A stretch of 64,000 nucleotides of DNA from Candidatus Berkelbacteria bacterium RIFCSPLOWO2_01_FULL_50_28 (GCA_001774395.1 MEZX01000002.1:481524-545523); one strand, 5' to 3'. Shown: positions 27,800 to 38,034, counted from the stretch's first letter. The notes: a model not told the origin generated them from the sequence alone. Program-made: numbers and translations.

Positions 27800-30298
27800 T
27801 TATTTCACCAGGGAGAGCTTCTCGCCGCGGCGACGGACTTTGATTGGCGCTTTCTTTGATAACTTGCCGGTTAGAAGCATCTCTGAGAGCGGATCTTCGA
27901 TGTATTCGGTAATTACCCGGCGCACCGGTCGAGCGCCGAACTCTGGGTCGAAGCCCTTCTCGGCTAAAAACTCCTTGGCGGACGGTTCAATTGTGATAGT
28001 GATGCCTTCTGGCAAGAGTCGGGCGGCCAGCTCGGCAGCTTGTTTTTCAACGATTTTGGTAACATCGGCTTTATTGAGCGGTCGAAACACGACAATTTTG
28101 TCGAGTCGATTGATAAACTCCGGTCGGAAATCTTTCTTCATTCGTTCCAGAATCTGGCTCTTGATCTCCTCGTAGCGCTGATCTAAGTCTGCCGAGGCGC
28201 CCCTGTTGAAACCGATGGCTTGCGTTTGATTCATCTCGGCCATACCTAAATTAGAGGTCATTATAATGATGGTATTGCGAAAGTTAACTCGTCTGCCTTT
28301 AGCATCGGTCAGGTAGCCGTCTTCCAATATCTGGAGAAGCATATTGAAAACATCGGGGTGAGCTTTTTCGATTTCATCGAGCAGCACTACAGAGTACGGC
28401 TGGCGTCTGATAGTTTCAGTAAGCTTGCCCGATTCCTCGAAACCGACGTACCCGGGCGGTGCACCAACCAGGCGGCTCAAGTTGTGCCGCTCCATAAACT
28501 CGCTCATATCAATTTTCACCAACGCCTCATCACGCCCGAATACCTCTCGGGCCAGGACGCGAGCCAGTTCGGTCTTTCCTACTCCCGTGGGTCCGAGGAA
28601 TATAAACGAGCCGAGCGGTCGTTTTGGATCCGCTACCCCGGTGGCGGAGCGTTTAATTGAAGCGGTGATAGTTTTGATTGCTTCGCTTTGGCCGACGATC
28701 TGGGAACCCAAGGCAGCCTCCAGGTTCACTACTTTGATGCGATCATTTTGGGTTAGCGCCGTCACGGGGATGCCCGTCCACATTGAAACGATCTTGGCAA
28801 CATCCTCTTTTGTTATCTCGCGGACGATGGTTCGCTTCGGCAATTTTTTCTTCAATCGTTCAACTTCCGATTCCAAACGCAATTCAAGCATTCGATACTC
28901 GGCGGCGGATTTATATTCGTATTTGTCAGCTGCTTTTTGACGCTGGCTGTTAGCGTAGCGTTTCCGTCGCTCCAGGGAGTTAATTTTACTAAAAGCCGTG
29001 AGCTGCTTTTCTTCAAGCTGAGTAGCGGCGGCAGCTTCATCGATCAGGTCGATGGCCTTATCGGGCAGGAAACGATCCGAGATATAACGCTTCGAAAGAA
29101 CCGCCGCTGAATCGATCGCTTCATCAGTTATGACAACGTGATGGTGTTTTTCGTAAGCAGACTTCAGGCCGTGGATGATTTGAATAGTCTCTTCGACTGA
29201 AGGCTCATCAACGACAATGCGTTGCAGTCGTCGCTCTAGCGCCGGATCTTTTTCGATGTATTTGCGGTACTCATCGCTGGTGGTAGCCCCGATTAGCCGT
29301 AGGGCGCCCTTGGCCAGGCCAGGTTTAATGATGTTACTTAGATCCATCGAGCCTTCAGCTGAACCGGCCCCGACGATGGTGTGTAGCTCGTCGACGAAAA
29401 GAACAACGTTGCCCGCTTTTACAATTTCATCGATTAATTTTTTGGTTCGTTCCTCGAATTGCCCGCGGTACGTGGTGCCAGCGATCAGTTGTGCTAAGTC
29501 CAGGCTAACGACGCGCTTGTCTAAAAGGTATCTTGGCACGTCACCGTCAGCGATTTTTTGGGCTAAGCCTTCAATGATAGCCGTCTTCCCTACCCCAGGT
29601 TCACCAGTGAGAACAGGGTTGTTTTTATTGCGACGGACGAGGATTTGGATAATGCGTTGTAGCTCTTTCTCCCGACCGATCATCGGGTCGAGTTTCTTCT
29701 CGCGAGCTTGTTTCGTTAGGTCAGTTGTGAAAAATTCTAAAGCGCTCTTTCCGCGACCAGAGTTTCGGGGCGGGCTCTGTAGAGTGGGTCCGATAAAACC
29801 GTCAAGAGGTTCTGGCAACCCTGATAGGTCTTGGCCGTCCGCTTCGCTCGTCGGTGAGCTTTGCTCCAAATGCTCGTGGAGCTGATGTTCGAGCATCGTT
29901 GGCTCAACGCCCAGTTCAGCCAGAGCTTGCTTGGCGTGATTTTTGCTACCGCCGAGCAATGACAACAGCAAGTGTTCGGACTCAACTGAATGGGATTTGT
30001 ACTTATCGGCGATGGCAAAAGCCGCTTTGAGAGTCTGCTTTAGCTCCGGGCTTACCCCACTTTTGGTTTTGAATTCTGATGGTCGGCTCTGTAACAAGAA
30101 GGAAATTCTCTGTGGATTGATCATCAGCTCTCGGAGAATCTCGAAAGAGATCGTTCCTGGAGTGCTGGAAAGTGAGAGCAACAAATGCTGAGTGTCGATC
30201 CCTGGTCCCATAGCGGCGGCGATCTGTTCGCAATCGTGAACGATCTTTAAAGCAGTTTCGCTAAAGCGGTTTTTGAAAATGTCGAATTCTTCTTTCAT
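27800..30298 (-). CDS. clpC: Clp/Hsp100 AAA+ chaperone (ClpC/ClpB family).
   Basis: Two Clp_N repeats, NBD1 GEPGVGKTAI and NBD2 GPTGVGKTELA, with a short middle region. Confidence 0.9.
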   Translation of the reverse strand: MKEEFDIFKNRFSETALKIVHDCEQIAAAMGPGIDTQHLLLSLSSTPGTISFEILRELMINPQRISFLLQSRPSEFKTKSGVSPELKQTLKAAFAIADKYKSHSVESEHLLLSLLGGSKNHAKQALAELGVEPTMLEHQLHEHLEQSSPTSEADGQDLSGLPEPLDGFIGPTLQSPPRNSGRGKSALEFFTTDLTKQAREKKLDPMIGREKELQRIIQILVRRNKNNPVLTGEPGVGKTAIIEGLAQKIADGDVPRYLLDKRVVSLDLAQLIAGTTYRGQFEERTKKLIDEIVKAGNVVLFVDELHTIVGAGSAEGSMDLSNIIKPGLAKGALRLIGATTSDEYRKYIEKDPALERRLQRIVVDEPSVEETIQIIHGLKSAYEKHHHVVITDEAIDSAAVLSKRYISDRFLPDKAIDLIDEAAAATQLEEKQLTAFSKINSLERRKRYANSQRQKAADKYEYKSAAEYRMLELRLESEVERLKKKLPKRTIVREITKEDVAKIVSMWTGIPVTALTQNDRIKVVNLEAALGSQIVGQSEAIKTITASIKRSATGVADPKRPLGSFIFLGPTGVGKTELARVLAREVFGRDEALVKIDMSEFMERHNLSRLVGAPPGYVGFEESGKLTETIRRQPYSVVLLDEIEKAHPDVFNMLLQILEDGYLTDAKGRRVNFRNTIIIMTSNLGMAEMNQTQAIGFNRGASADLDQRYEEIKSQILERMKKDFRPEFINRLDKIVVFRPLNKADVTKIVEKQAAELAARLLPEGITITIEPSAKEFLAEKGFDPEFGARPVRRVITEYIEDPLSEMLLTGKLSKKAPIKVRRRGEKLSLVK

Positions 30299-30416
30299 GA
30301 TGTATTTTTAACGCAATAGTTGTTTCTTGTGATTGGTGCTGCGAGGCTGAAGTCGTGGCTCATAGTCGGCAGTATAACAGAGCTACCGGTAATTCTTTTG
30401 GTGAGAATTGCTAGTT

Positions 30417-31640
30417 TCACTTCTTGGTCTTTTTTGTTTTGGCGGAGGGTTTTTTCTTGGCGGCAGAGGTTTTTGGCTTGGAGATTTTGGCCTTTGTAAC
30501 TTTCTTGCCGTCGGTTCCGGGCTTCGCGTCGGCAACGGAGTCGTCTTTGGTAGGCGCGGTAACAGTATTGCTATCGGCATCACGCGGGTCTCTTGCCGGT
30601 TTGGATCCGTCGTCCTTGACGATGTCGATCTCCCAACCCGTTAGCTTACTTGCCAAGCGGACGTTTTGACCGTTCTTGCCAATGGCCAGTGATAGCTGAT
30701 CGTCAGGTACTTTAACAGAGGCAACATTTCTTTTCTTCTGAAGGGTAATCTTTTCAATCTTGGCTGGTGAAAGAGCGTTAGCAAGAAGCTGCTCGATAGT
30801 GTCGTTCCAAGAAATAATGTCGATTTTTTCTTCGCCAATCTCGGACAGCACAGCTTGAACACGTGTTCCCCGCTGGCCGACGCACGACCCCACTGGGTCG
30901 AGTCCGGGCATGGTGGATGTTACCGCCATTTTTGTCCGAGTTCCAGCTTCGCGCGAGATAGCCTTGATGGTGACGGTGCCGTTGGCCATCTCTGGAACTT
31001 CAAGATCGAAGAGCTTTTGAATGAAATCGGTGCTGGAGCGAGTTACGAGAACTCGCGGTCCGCGCGGCGTTTCTTCGACTGAGTAGACTAGAACTTTCAG
31101 TCGTTGGCCCGGGAAGTAATTCTGGTTGGGAATTTGGTCGGATGCGATCATCAGGCCGTTTAGTTTACCGATGTTCAAAATAACATTCGGCCCTTCAACC
31201 TGCTGGACATAGCCGTTGATAAGCTGTCCCTGTTTGTCTTTGTATTCGGCGTAAAGGATCTCTTTTTCGGCTTCGCGCAACCGCTGGGATATCACTTGCT
31301 TGGCGGTCTGGGCGGCAATTCGACCGAAGTCGCTGTGCGGCTCTAACTCGATTTTGATCACATCGCCAATCTTGGCGTTCTTCTTGTATTTTTTAGCGTC
31401 CGCGGGAGTCAGCTGGGCTTGAATATTTTCCGGCTCCGCCACGACCTCAAAAGTCTGCCACATCAGGAAACTGCCCGATTCTTCGTCAAGTTTGGCGATG
31501 ATCTGCTCATCGTTTTGTCCGTAATCTTTACGGTAAGCGGCCGCAACGGCGGCTTCGATTGTTTCTAGAATTACTTCCTTAGGAAGCCCTCGTTCATCGG
31601 CTAGTTGATTAATTGCGGCTGCGAATGGGGATATGGCCAT
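30417..31640 (-). CDS. nusA: Transcription termination/antitermination factor NusA with a Lys-rich C-terminal tail.
   Basis: S1/KH architecture. The start is at MAISPF, with a GGAGG RBS. Confidence 0.9.
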   Translation of the reverse strand: MAISPFAAAINQLADERGLPKEVILETIEAAVAAAYRKDYGQNDEQIIAKLDEESGSFLMWQTFEVVAEPENIQAQLTPADAKKYKKNAKIGDVIKIELEPHSDFGRIAAQTAKQVISQRLREAEKEILYAEYKDKQGQLINGYVQQVEGPNVILNIGKLNGLMIASDQIPNQNYFPGQRLKVLVYSVEETPRGPRVLVTRSSTDFIQKLFDLEVPEMANGTVTIKAISREAGTRTKMAVTSTMPGLDPVGSCVGQRGTRVQAVLSEIGEEKIDIISWNDTIEQLLANALSPAKIEKITLQKKRNVASVKVPDDQLSLAIGKNGQNVRLASKLTGWEIDIVKDDGSKPARDPRDADSNTVTAPTKDDSVADAKPGTDGKKVTKAKISKPKTSAAKKKPSAKTKKTKK

Positions 31641-31658
31641 TAGCAAATTCCTCCGGAA

Positions 31659-31770
31659 TTTGTAATTTCCAATTTCCAATTTCCAATTTCCAATAAATTT
31701 TCAATGTCGAAATTTAAAATTAGATAATTCGAGCTTGATTCGAAATTTGAAATTCGATATTTGAAATTGT
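31659..31770. repeat. AT-rich intergenic element B. (AATTTCC)x4, then caataaatttt, then an inverted (GAAATTN)x4 array.
   Basis: Direct read of the sequence. Its translation in the ORF track (NWKLEITNSGGIC) mirrors that of element A. Confidence 0.7.
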
Positions 31771-31860
31771 TGTACATACTTTTATATATTCTCCTTACTT
31801 TTTTAAAAAAGCCAGGATCAAACCTGGTTGTTAATACTTTAACACACATTTTTAGGTAAT

Positions 31861-32583
31861 TCAATCCGTTTTTGTGAAAATTGCCTTCAGGGGAAAGATA
31901 ACTAGCGCTTTCCAGATACGGCCAAAGCGTCGGGGTTGAAGAATAAGGCGCCATAGCCACTCTAAATGTAAGGCACGTAAAACACGAGGAGCTCGTGGGG
32001 TCACACCGGCCAACATATCGAAAGTTCCGCCGATACCAACCAATATCTTAGCTCCCAATTCGTTCTTATGTTGGCCGATCCATTCTTCCTGTCTTGGAGC
32101 GCCGTAAGCCACTATAACAATATCGGCGCCGCTGTCTCTTATGTGTTTTAACACATACGGGTCGTCCGGGTCGGCGTGACTCGTGCCGGTAATTTTCAAA
32201 CCAGGGTTTATTTGTTGGAGTCGTTCTCCCGCTTTATGGGCTATCCCCTCTTGGCCACCCAATAGAAAGATCGAGTGTCCATCTTTGGCGGCCAGATCAC
32301 TTAGTTCACACACCAGATCGGAGCCAGGTGTAATAGCGCGCAGCGGAGTACCCAAAATGCGGCTGACCCAAACGACGTTTGTCGAGTCCGGTATCACCAA
32401 GTCGGCATTATTAATGATTTCTCGAAACTCGTGGTTTTTTTGGGCCTCAAGAATGAACTCGCCGTTGACGGTTACTATCTGACGTGGGCTACTTTGGTTC
32501 AAGGCATCTCGGCAAAAATCAGTTACATCAGACCAGTCGACGTTGTCAACTCGCACTCCCAAAATCCGCACAGATTTAGCCAT
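31861..32583 (-). CDS. WecB/TagA/CpsF family glycosyltransferase.
   Basis: Family resemblance (VWVSRILG...IFLLGG...VAYGAPRQE). Confidence 0.8.
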   Translation of the reverse strand: MAKSVRILGVRVDNVDWSDVTDFCRDALNQSSPRQIVTVNGEFILEAQKNHEFREIINNADLVIPDSTNVVWVSRILGTPLRAITPGSDLVCELSDLAAKDGHSIFLLGGQEGIAHKAGERLQQINPGLKITGTSHADPDDPYVLKHIRDSGADIVIVAYGAPRQEEWIGQHKNELGAKILVGIGGTFDMLAGVTPRAPRVLRALHLEWLWRLILQPRRFGRIWKALVIFPLKAIFTKTD

Positions 32584-33673
32584 TAGCAACCTGGCGGATA
32601 ACCGTTAACGTCTCTTGAACAGTTTTGTCCCACGAATACATCTTAGCGCGTTTTATGCCTTTTTGGCGCAAATCGCTCGCCAAGGTTGTTGAATCAAGTA
32701 TCTTGGCAAAGGTCGAGGCCCAACGGAGCGGGTTGTTCGGGGGTAGAAGGACGGCAGCGTCATCAACTATTTCCGGCAAACTTGAGCTGTTCGAACACAC
32801 CACGGGTGTGCCAACGGAAAGGGCTTCCAGAACAACAAAAGCAAATCCGTCGTAACTGCTTGGGTAAGCAAAAAGCTTGGCGTGACGCAGATAGCGTAGC
32901 AGATCGTATTTAGGCACAAATCCCGGCATAAAGATCCTCGATGCCAGGCTCGGCTCGAGTGTGTTAACAAAATCAACTATTTTTTCGCTGCCAAAACCCA
33001 TTTTCCCGATCATGACGAGTAGAATATCCTTCCTACTTTTGGCTAAAATGCAGAACGCTTCGATCAGGAGTCGAATGTTCTTCTTTTCTTCTATCGAGCC
33101 GGTGAAAAGTATGTACGGACTCGAAATTGGGGCGTTGCCGTAATTGCGCGTAGCGTTAAACAGCTCGCAGTTGTGGGCCATGGGGATAATATGAACCTTG
33201 GCCGAATTCGCTTTGTACTCTTTAATTATATTGCTTTTTGTTGACTGCGACGGCACGATGACGGCATCGGCCTTGGCGAGAGAAACTGAAGTGGAAAAAT
33301 GTAAGTACCGACGATCAAACTTCGAGTAAGTTTTAGGGAAATAGCGATAAGCGATATCGTGAATCGTAACGACTGTTGGCAGGTTCGAGAGCAGTGGTAC
33401 CACGTGCGACGGCACGAACAGCACATCCGGCTTCTCGCGGCGCAGCTCTCCAGCGAGCTGGATTTGCGACCATAATCGACGAGATGGCAGGACACGCCAG
33501 GTAATATTTTTGGCCTCTGGCCACTTTTCTTTAGGGAAATTGGGGGTGTAGAGGACGAATTTGTTTACCTTGTCGGCGGTAACTAACCGTCGGATTAGCT
33601 CGAACGAATAATTCTCTGTGCCAGAGCGAACCGTGCGAGTGGCTCTTGAAGCGTCAATACCAATAATCATCAT
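32576..33673 (-). CDS. Family 4 glycosyltransferase (GT-B).
   Basis: YDGFAFVVLEALSVGTPVV motif. Confidence 0.8.
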   Translation of the reverse strand: MMIIGIDASRATRTVRSGTENYSFELIRRLVTADKVNKFVLYTPNFPKEKWPEAKNITWRVLPSRRLWSQIQLAGELRREKPDVLFVPSHVVPLLSNLPTVVTIHDIAYRYFPKTYSKFDRRYLHFSTSVSLAKADAVIVPSQSTKSNIIKEYKANSAKVHIIPMAHNCELFNATRNYGNAPISSPYILFTGSIEEKKNIRLLIEAFCILAKSRKDILLVMIGKMGFGSEKIVDFVNTLEPSLASRIFMPGFVPKYDLLRYLRHAKLFAYPSSYDGFAFVVLEALSVGTPVVCSNSSSLPEIVDDAAVLLPPNNPLRWASTFAKILDSTTLASDLRQKGIKRAKMYSWDKTVQETLTVIRQVANG

Positions 33674-33675
33674 TA

Positions 33676-33800
33676 ATAATCGAATTATCCAATAACCGAA
33701 TAACCAAAAGAATCACTAATCATCTAATAACGAATATTCTACGGCTTTGGTTATTTGGTAATTTTTCGATGATTATGCAATTTGATGATTTGGTAATTAA
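33676..33800. repeat. AT-rich intergenic element E. An AATAACC-type array is followed by an inverted GGTTATT/GGTAATT array.
   Basis: aataatcgaattatccaataaccgaataacc ... ggttatttggtaatttttcgatgattatgcaatttgatgatttggtaatt. Confidence 0.55.
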
Positions 33801-33802
33801 CA

Positions 33803-34810
33803 TTACCGTTTCGCCCAAAGGATGGAGCGCAGATATTCATCTAAGTGTTCGACGGCGATTGCCGTACCCTTAACAACGCAGAGGCGTGCCTCTTCCGCAA
33901 CTTGGCACGAAACGCCAGTGACTTTTGTTAGAAGCTGGTCCAAGCCCCGGAGCTCAGCGCCGCCGCCGGTCATAATCATTCCCTTGTCCATAATATCGGC
34001 CGCCAATTCAGGGGGAGTTTTCTGGAGAACGGCTTTCACGGCGCCAATTATTTCCTGCAATTCGTCCTGCAGGGCGGCAGCAACATCAGATGAATTAACG
34101 ATTACCGACTCTGGCAGGCCGGTTACTGAGTTCGAGCCGGACAACTCCATAGTAGAATCTTTCTTGCCAGGCAAGACTGTGCCGATCTTAATTTTCATCG
34201 CTTCAGCCGTCTGTTCGCCGATAATTAGTGAGTACTTTTTTCGAACGAAACTGATTATGGCCGAGTCCATCTTATTACCACCAACGCGAACCGAAGTTGA
34301 GGCAACGACATCTCCCAAAGAGATGACCGCTACTTCGGTTGTGCCGCCACCGATGTCAATAATCAAGTGACCTTCAGGAACCGCAATTGGAACATTTGCC
34401 CCTAGGGCGGCGGCAATGGGCTGTTTAATCAAATATGCATTTTTTGCTCCAGCTGCTATGCAGGCATCGGTTACCGCGCGACGTTCGGTGGAGGTAGCTC
34501 CAACTGGAATGGCAATCATAATATCGGGGCGTATCAGTCGTAGCCGTCCCGAAACTCGATTAATAAAGTAGCGCAACATCGCTTCGGTAATTTTGAAGCT
34601 GGCTATAACGCCATTTTTTAACGGTCGGGCGGCGATAATTGAATCTGGTGTTTTGCCGAGCATCTTTCGGGCTTCTTCACCAAAGGCCACGATCTTTTCG
34701 TCGGCAGCGTTAATTGCGGCGACGGCTGGTTCGTCGATCAGTATCCCCCGTCCTGGTACGTGGATGAGGATATTTGTGGTCCCAAGATCAATTGCTAAGC
34801 GTCTTATCAT
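33803..34810 (-). CDS. mreB: Rod-shape determining protein MreB.
   Basis: Actin-like ATPase motifs (IDLGTTN...DIGGGTTEVAV). Confidence 0.9.
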   Translation of the reverse strand: MIRRLAIDLGTTNILIHVPGRGILIDEPAVAAINAADEKIVAFGEEARKMLGKTPDSIIAARPLKNGVIASFKITEAMLRYFINRVSGRLRLIRPDIMIAIPVGATSTERRAVTDACIAAGAKNAYLIKQPIAAALGANVPIAVPEGHLIIDIGGGTTEVAVISLGDVVASTSVRVGGNKMDSAIISFVRKKYSLIIGEQTAEAMKIKIGTVLPGKKDSTMELSGSNSVTGLPESVIVNSSDVAAALQDELQEIIGAVKAVLQKTPPELAADIMDKGMIMTGGGAELRGLDQLLTKVTGVSCQVAEEARLCVVKGTAIAVEHLDEYLRSILWAKR

Positions 34811-34901
34811 GGTTGATGTGTCAAAATGATTCTATCCTTCTTCGAGCCGTTATTAAAGGGTTTGCTCTACACAAAGCGCGGCGTTCGGTTAGAATGACAG
34901 T

Positions 34902-35597
34902 ATGCGCGGCACGGACAGGAACACTTTAATCACTATGATGATCGGGCTACTGGGAATCGTAGCGTTTTTTATTCTTTCGTCAGCCGCGATTGTTTGGGCC
35001 AGCGGATTGCGATTCAACCCACAAACTTGGGGGTTTGAAAAAACCGTGCTGGTGGCAATAGAGGGTGACCTCAAAAGTGTGGCCATTAAAGTAAACAATC
35101 AGCTGATTAGCCGTTCGCTGCCGGTGCGTCTGCGCAATCTCCTTCCCGGACGATACGACGTGGAGATTTTTAAGCCGAAATTCCAGAGTTACCGTCGCGT
35201 TTTCCAGCTTAGCGAAAACCAGGTCGGGATTATCCGCGACCCGACCCTGATTGCTAGCTCGCCGCTGACAACCCCTTATCGACAGCGGATCTCCTATTCG
35301 GATGAAGTGAGGTTCGATTCTGGTCTTACGGAAACAAACAACGAACTTCGGGATCAGGGCGTTTTGGTCTCGCGCTTTTCTTCACCAGTAATTCAAGCGC
35401 ACCGCTACAACAACGGCTATCTCTACCAGCTGGGCCGCCAGCTACGGCTCGCTTTTCCCGAAGAGGTGCAGGACTTTTTCGTTTACGACCTGAAGTCTGA
35501 TCGCTACGCACCGCTCCGAGTTGAAGAGTCGACGTGGCAAATAATTGTCTTGGACGGCAAGCAAACCCAACTAATAAATCTCACCTTGCCTCGGTAG
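34902..35597 (+). CDS. Membrane-anchored hypothetical protein that may carry a PEGA-like beta domain.
   Basis: An N-terminal TM segment and LPGRYDVEIFKPKFQSYRR. Confidence 0.4.
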   Translation: MRGTDRNTLITMMIGLLGIVAFFILSSAAIVWASGLRFNPQTWGFEKTVLVAIEGDLKSVAIKVNNQLISRSLPVRLRNLLPGRYDVEIFKPKFQSYRRVFQLSENQVGIIRDPTLIASSPLTTPYRQRISYSDEVRFDSGLTETNNELRDQGVLVSRFSSPVIQAHRYNNGYLYQLGRQLRLAFPEEVQDFFVYDLKSDRYAPLRVEESTWQIIVLDGKQTQLINLTLPR

Positions 35598-35601
35598 AAT
35601 T

Positions 35602-36324
35602 TTAACGTGGCTTTGGTAAGCCCTTATTGCCAAGATACGGTTCAGTTGTTTGCCTGCCAGTAACTTCACCCCCCGTTAGGGCGCCAGTGACAACAATCCG
35701 TTTCCAAGTTGTGCCAACAGGATAGCAAGAAATTAACGTTACCGTGGCGCGTGGGGTAATATTTAACACCGATAGATCGTTAGCCGCGACGACTTTTACC
35801 TGTCGCACTGTGTACCGGTAGCGCTCGGTTCCGTAATAGAGCGTTATATTATCGCCTGGTTTTAGTTTGTCGAGCAGGGCAAATATTGTGTTGTATTTTC
35901 CTTTAGCCCAAGGGAAGTTGGACGAGTGGCCGAGAAGAACGACGTTCCCCCTTTGATTTGGCAGGGCCGTTCCTTCGTACTGAGCCACCCCGTTTTGCAG
36001 TGAAGTAAGGATAGCTGAATACGGGGCGCCGTAAACCACGGGGGCTTTAAGTTTTATCTTGTCGATAACGATTGTCGGAGCGTATTTCTTCGCCACCGGC
36101 ACAATGGGCTCGACCTTTGCTACTGGCGCGACTGTATCAACCTGATATTTGGCTCGCAACCAAAACGCCGGACCGTTAATGAGTAGGAAAAAACCAAAAT
36201 ACACCAAGCCGATTACGACAACAACTTTAGCGGCTCGTTGCAGACGAAGTAAGCCACGACTGAAGGCGCTGTGTGGACGAAAAATTCGTTTAAGCTCTTC
36301 CTCGCCAAAAGTTACTGGTTTCAT
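35602..36324 (-). CDS. Sortase family transpeptidase.
   Basis: LLGHS and TLISCYP (a TLxTC-like catalytic Cys) with an N-terminal TM segment. Confidence 0.7.
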   Translation of the reverse strand: MKPVTFGEEELKRIFRPHSAFSRGLLRLQRAAKVVVVIGLVYFGFFLLINGPAFWLRAKYQVDTVAPVAKVEPIVPVAKKYAPTIVIDKIKLKAPVVYGAPYSAILTSLQNGVAQYEGTALPNQRGNVVLLGHSSNFPWAKGKYNTIFALLDKLKPGDNITLYYGTERYRYTVRQVKVVAANDLSVLNITPRATVTLISCYPVGTTWKRIVVTGALTGGEVTGRQTTEPYLGNKGLPKPR

Positions 36325-36413
36325 ATGTGCCAGAGGTGGGAGTAGTCGGCCAACGGCCTCCTAATACTCCCTCATTTATTCAGTCGTAATCGATCTGGTT
36401 CGTTAGCCATTTG

Positions 36414-36496
36414 TGGGCAAGGTGGGAGTCGAACCCACATGAGCTTGCGCTCATAGCATTTTGAGTGCTACGTGTAAACCATTCCACCACTTGCCC
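36414..36496 (-). tRNA. tRNA-Leu (anticodon CAA), with a long variable arm.
   Basis: The minus-strand sequence GGGCAAGTGGTGGAATGG...GCACTCAAAATGC...GTGGGTTCGACTCCCACCTTGCCCA folds as a cloverleaf. CCA is not encoded. Confidence 0.85.
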
Positions 36497-36539
36497 ATAA
36501 GCACACTAATTATAGGTTTTTTGAGTTGAAAAATCGAGG

Positions 36540-37196
36540 CTAACGAACTCGAGCGACGCCCTCGCGGATAATCTGTTTTTTGCCGTCACGAATGTCAATC
36601 ACGGCCGATGGCGGATACTGCGGTAGACGTCCGGCGTCCAGCATGACGTCTGGCTGATAGATCTGCCCGTCAAACTGTCGGTGGATGTCTTCCAAAGAAT
36701 AACTTGGATCAAGACCACCACGATTAGCGCTGGTGGCGGTGTACGGACTGTTTAGGAGGTTTGATAGGCTACGAGTTAGAACACTGTTGGGAATGCGTAC
36801 ACCAAGCGATGGACTGTCGAGCGGATACTCTGCCTTGGCGTGAAGGATGAATGTGAACGGTCCGGGAAGGTTTCGTTCAAGCGTTCGTTGTTCTTTGGGT
36901 CCAATTTCACCCCATTCCTTTATCTGTGCCATGTCTCGAAAGATACAGCTAATTTGTTTATCGAACGGGCGCTGCTTTATTTTGTAGAGTCTCACGACGG
37001 CCTCGGTATTGGCCGCGTTTGTCGCCAGGCCATAGCAAGAGTCACTGGGGAAAACGACAACTGCGCCAGCGGCGGTCATTCGAGCAGCATATTCAAGCGT
37101 GGCTTGGTCGGGATTCTGAATGTCGATCGGCAGTACTTTCATCGCTTCGCGAAGAAAACTCCTACGCTTCGTTTCGTCGTTAGCATTTGTCGCCAT
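36540..37196 (-). CDS. tsaC: L-threonylcarbamoyladenylate synthase (YrdC/Sua5 family).
   Basis: VVVFPSDSCYGLATNAANTEAVVRLYKIKQRP. Confidence 0.85.
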   Translation of the reverse strand: MATNANDETKRRSFLREAMKVLPIDIQNPDQATLEYAARMTAAGAVVVFPSDSCYGLATNAANTEAVVRLYKIKQRPFDKQISCIFRDMAQIKEWGEIGPKEQRTLERNLPGPFTFILHAKAEYPLDSPSLGVRIPNSVLTRSLSNLLNSPYTATSANRGGLDPSYSLEDIHRQFDGQIYQPDVMLDAGRLPQYPPSAVIDIRDGKKQIIREGVARVR

Positions 37197-37329
37197 CTTA
37201 CTCTTCAAAGCCAGATTTGTTAAGATATGAACAACAGTTAGCAGTCAGCTAACGGCTATCAGCTTTCGGCTTCCGGCTAAAAAGGAGCTGCAAGCCGCTT
37301 GCCGTCAAGCTGTTTGCTGGTTTATTTAA

Positions 37330-37402
37330 GGGCCGGTAGTTCATCGGTAGAACGCCTCATTCGCATTGAGGAAGTAGTGGGTTCAATTCCCATCCGGTCC
37401 AC
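37330..37402 (+). tRNA. tRNA-Ala (anticodon CGC).
   Basis: GGGCCGG...CCTCATTCGCATTGAGG...GGGTTCAATTCCCATCCGGTCCA with a G3:U70 pair. Confidence 0.8.
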
Positions 37403-37450
37403 TGATTACATTTCGACCGTTCTCTGCGAAAACGTGATATATTATTACTC

Positions 37451-37864
37451 ATGGATTTTGACTACACCACCACATCATCAAAGGATTTTGACCAGGCGGT
37501 TCAAGCGGTGCAAGATGAGGTTGTCAAAGCCGGGATGCGAGTCCTACATATTCACGATGTCCAGGAAACTCTTGGCAATAAAGGTTTTAAGAGAGAGCCG
37601 TTCAAAATCATTGAGTTTTGTAACGCCAAAGATGCTTACGATTTCTTGAAGATTGATATTAAAATTGGCCTCTGTTTGCCCTGCAAAATAAATGTCTATA
37701 TTAAAGACGGCCCCGCCTCCGCCGAGGCTTCAGCGGGCAAGCAGACATTCATTTCGGCTATGCGTCCAATTATCCTGCCGCAGTTCTTTCCTGATGCCGA
37801 CTTTGGCGAAAGACCAAAGGAAATAGATCAAATTATTCAAGGAATTGTTAACAACGCCAAGTAG
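37451..37864 (+). CDS. DUF302 domain protein.
   Basis: IIEFCNAKDAYDFLKIDIKIGLCLPCKINVY. Confidence 0.7.
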   Translation: MDFDYTTTSSKDFDQAVQAVQDEVVKAGMRVLHIHDVQETLGNKGFKREPFKIIEFCNAKDAYDFLKIDIKIGLCLPCKINVYIKDGPASAEASAGKQTFISAMRPIILPQFFPDADFGERPKEIDQIIQGIVNNAK

Positions 37865-38034
37865 CGGCCAGTTCTCGTGCCTTGCGATCGAGCAAGTGGG
37901 TTATTCATTTCATAATTACCTTCTCAAATCCACCCTCCCGTAGTTTCGATGCGTTGTTTGTTCCTTCTCCTTGAATCATCAAATTAATTTCGATATAAAA
38001 CACTTAGTAAAGTGAACCTTCAGGAGAGTAGAGA

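Noticed and set aside
31640-31960. The ORF-track ORFs 31640..31960(-) and 7230..7412(-) as genes.
   Set aside because: They are translations of the AT-rich repeat elements (both end in NWKLEIT.SGG.C). They overlap the true nusA and ftsA starts.
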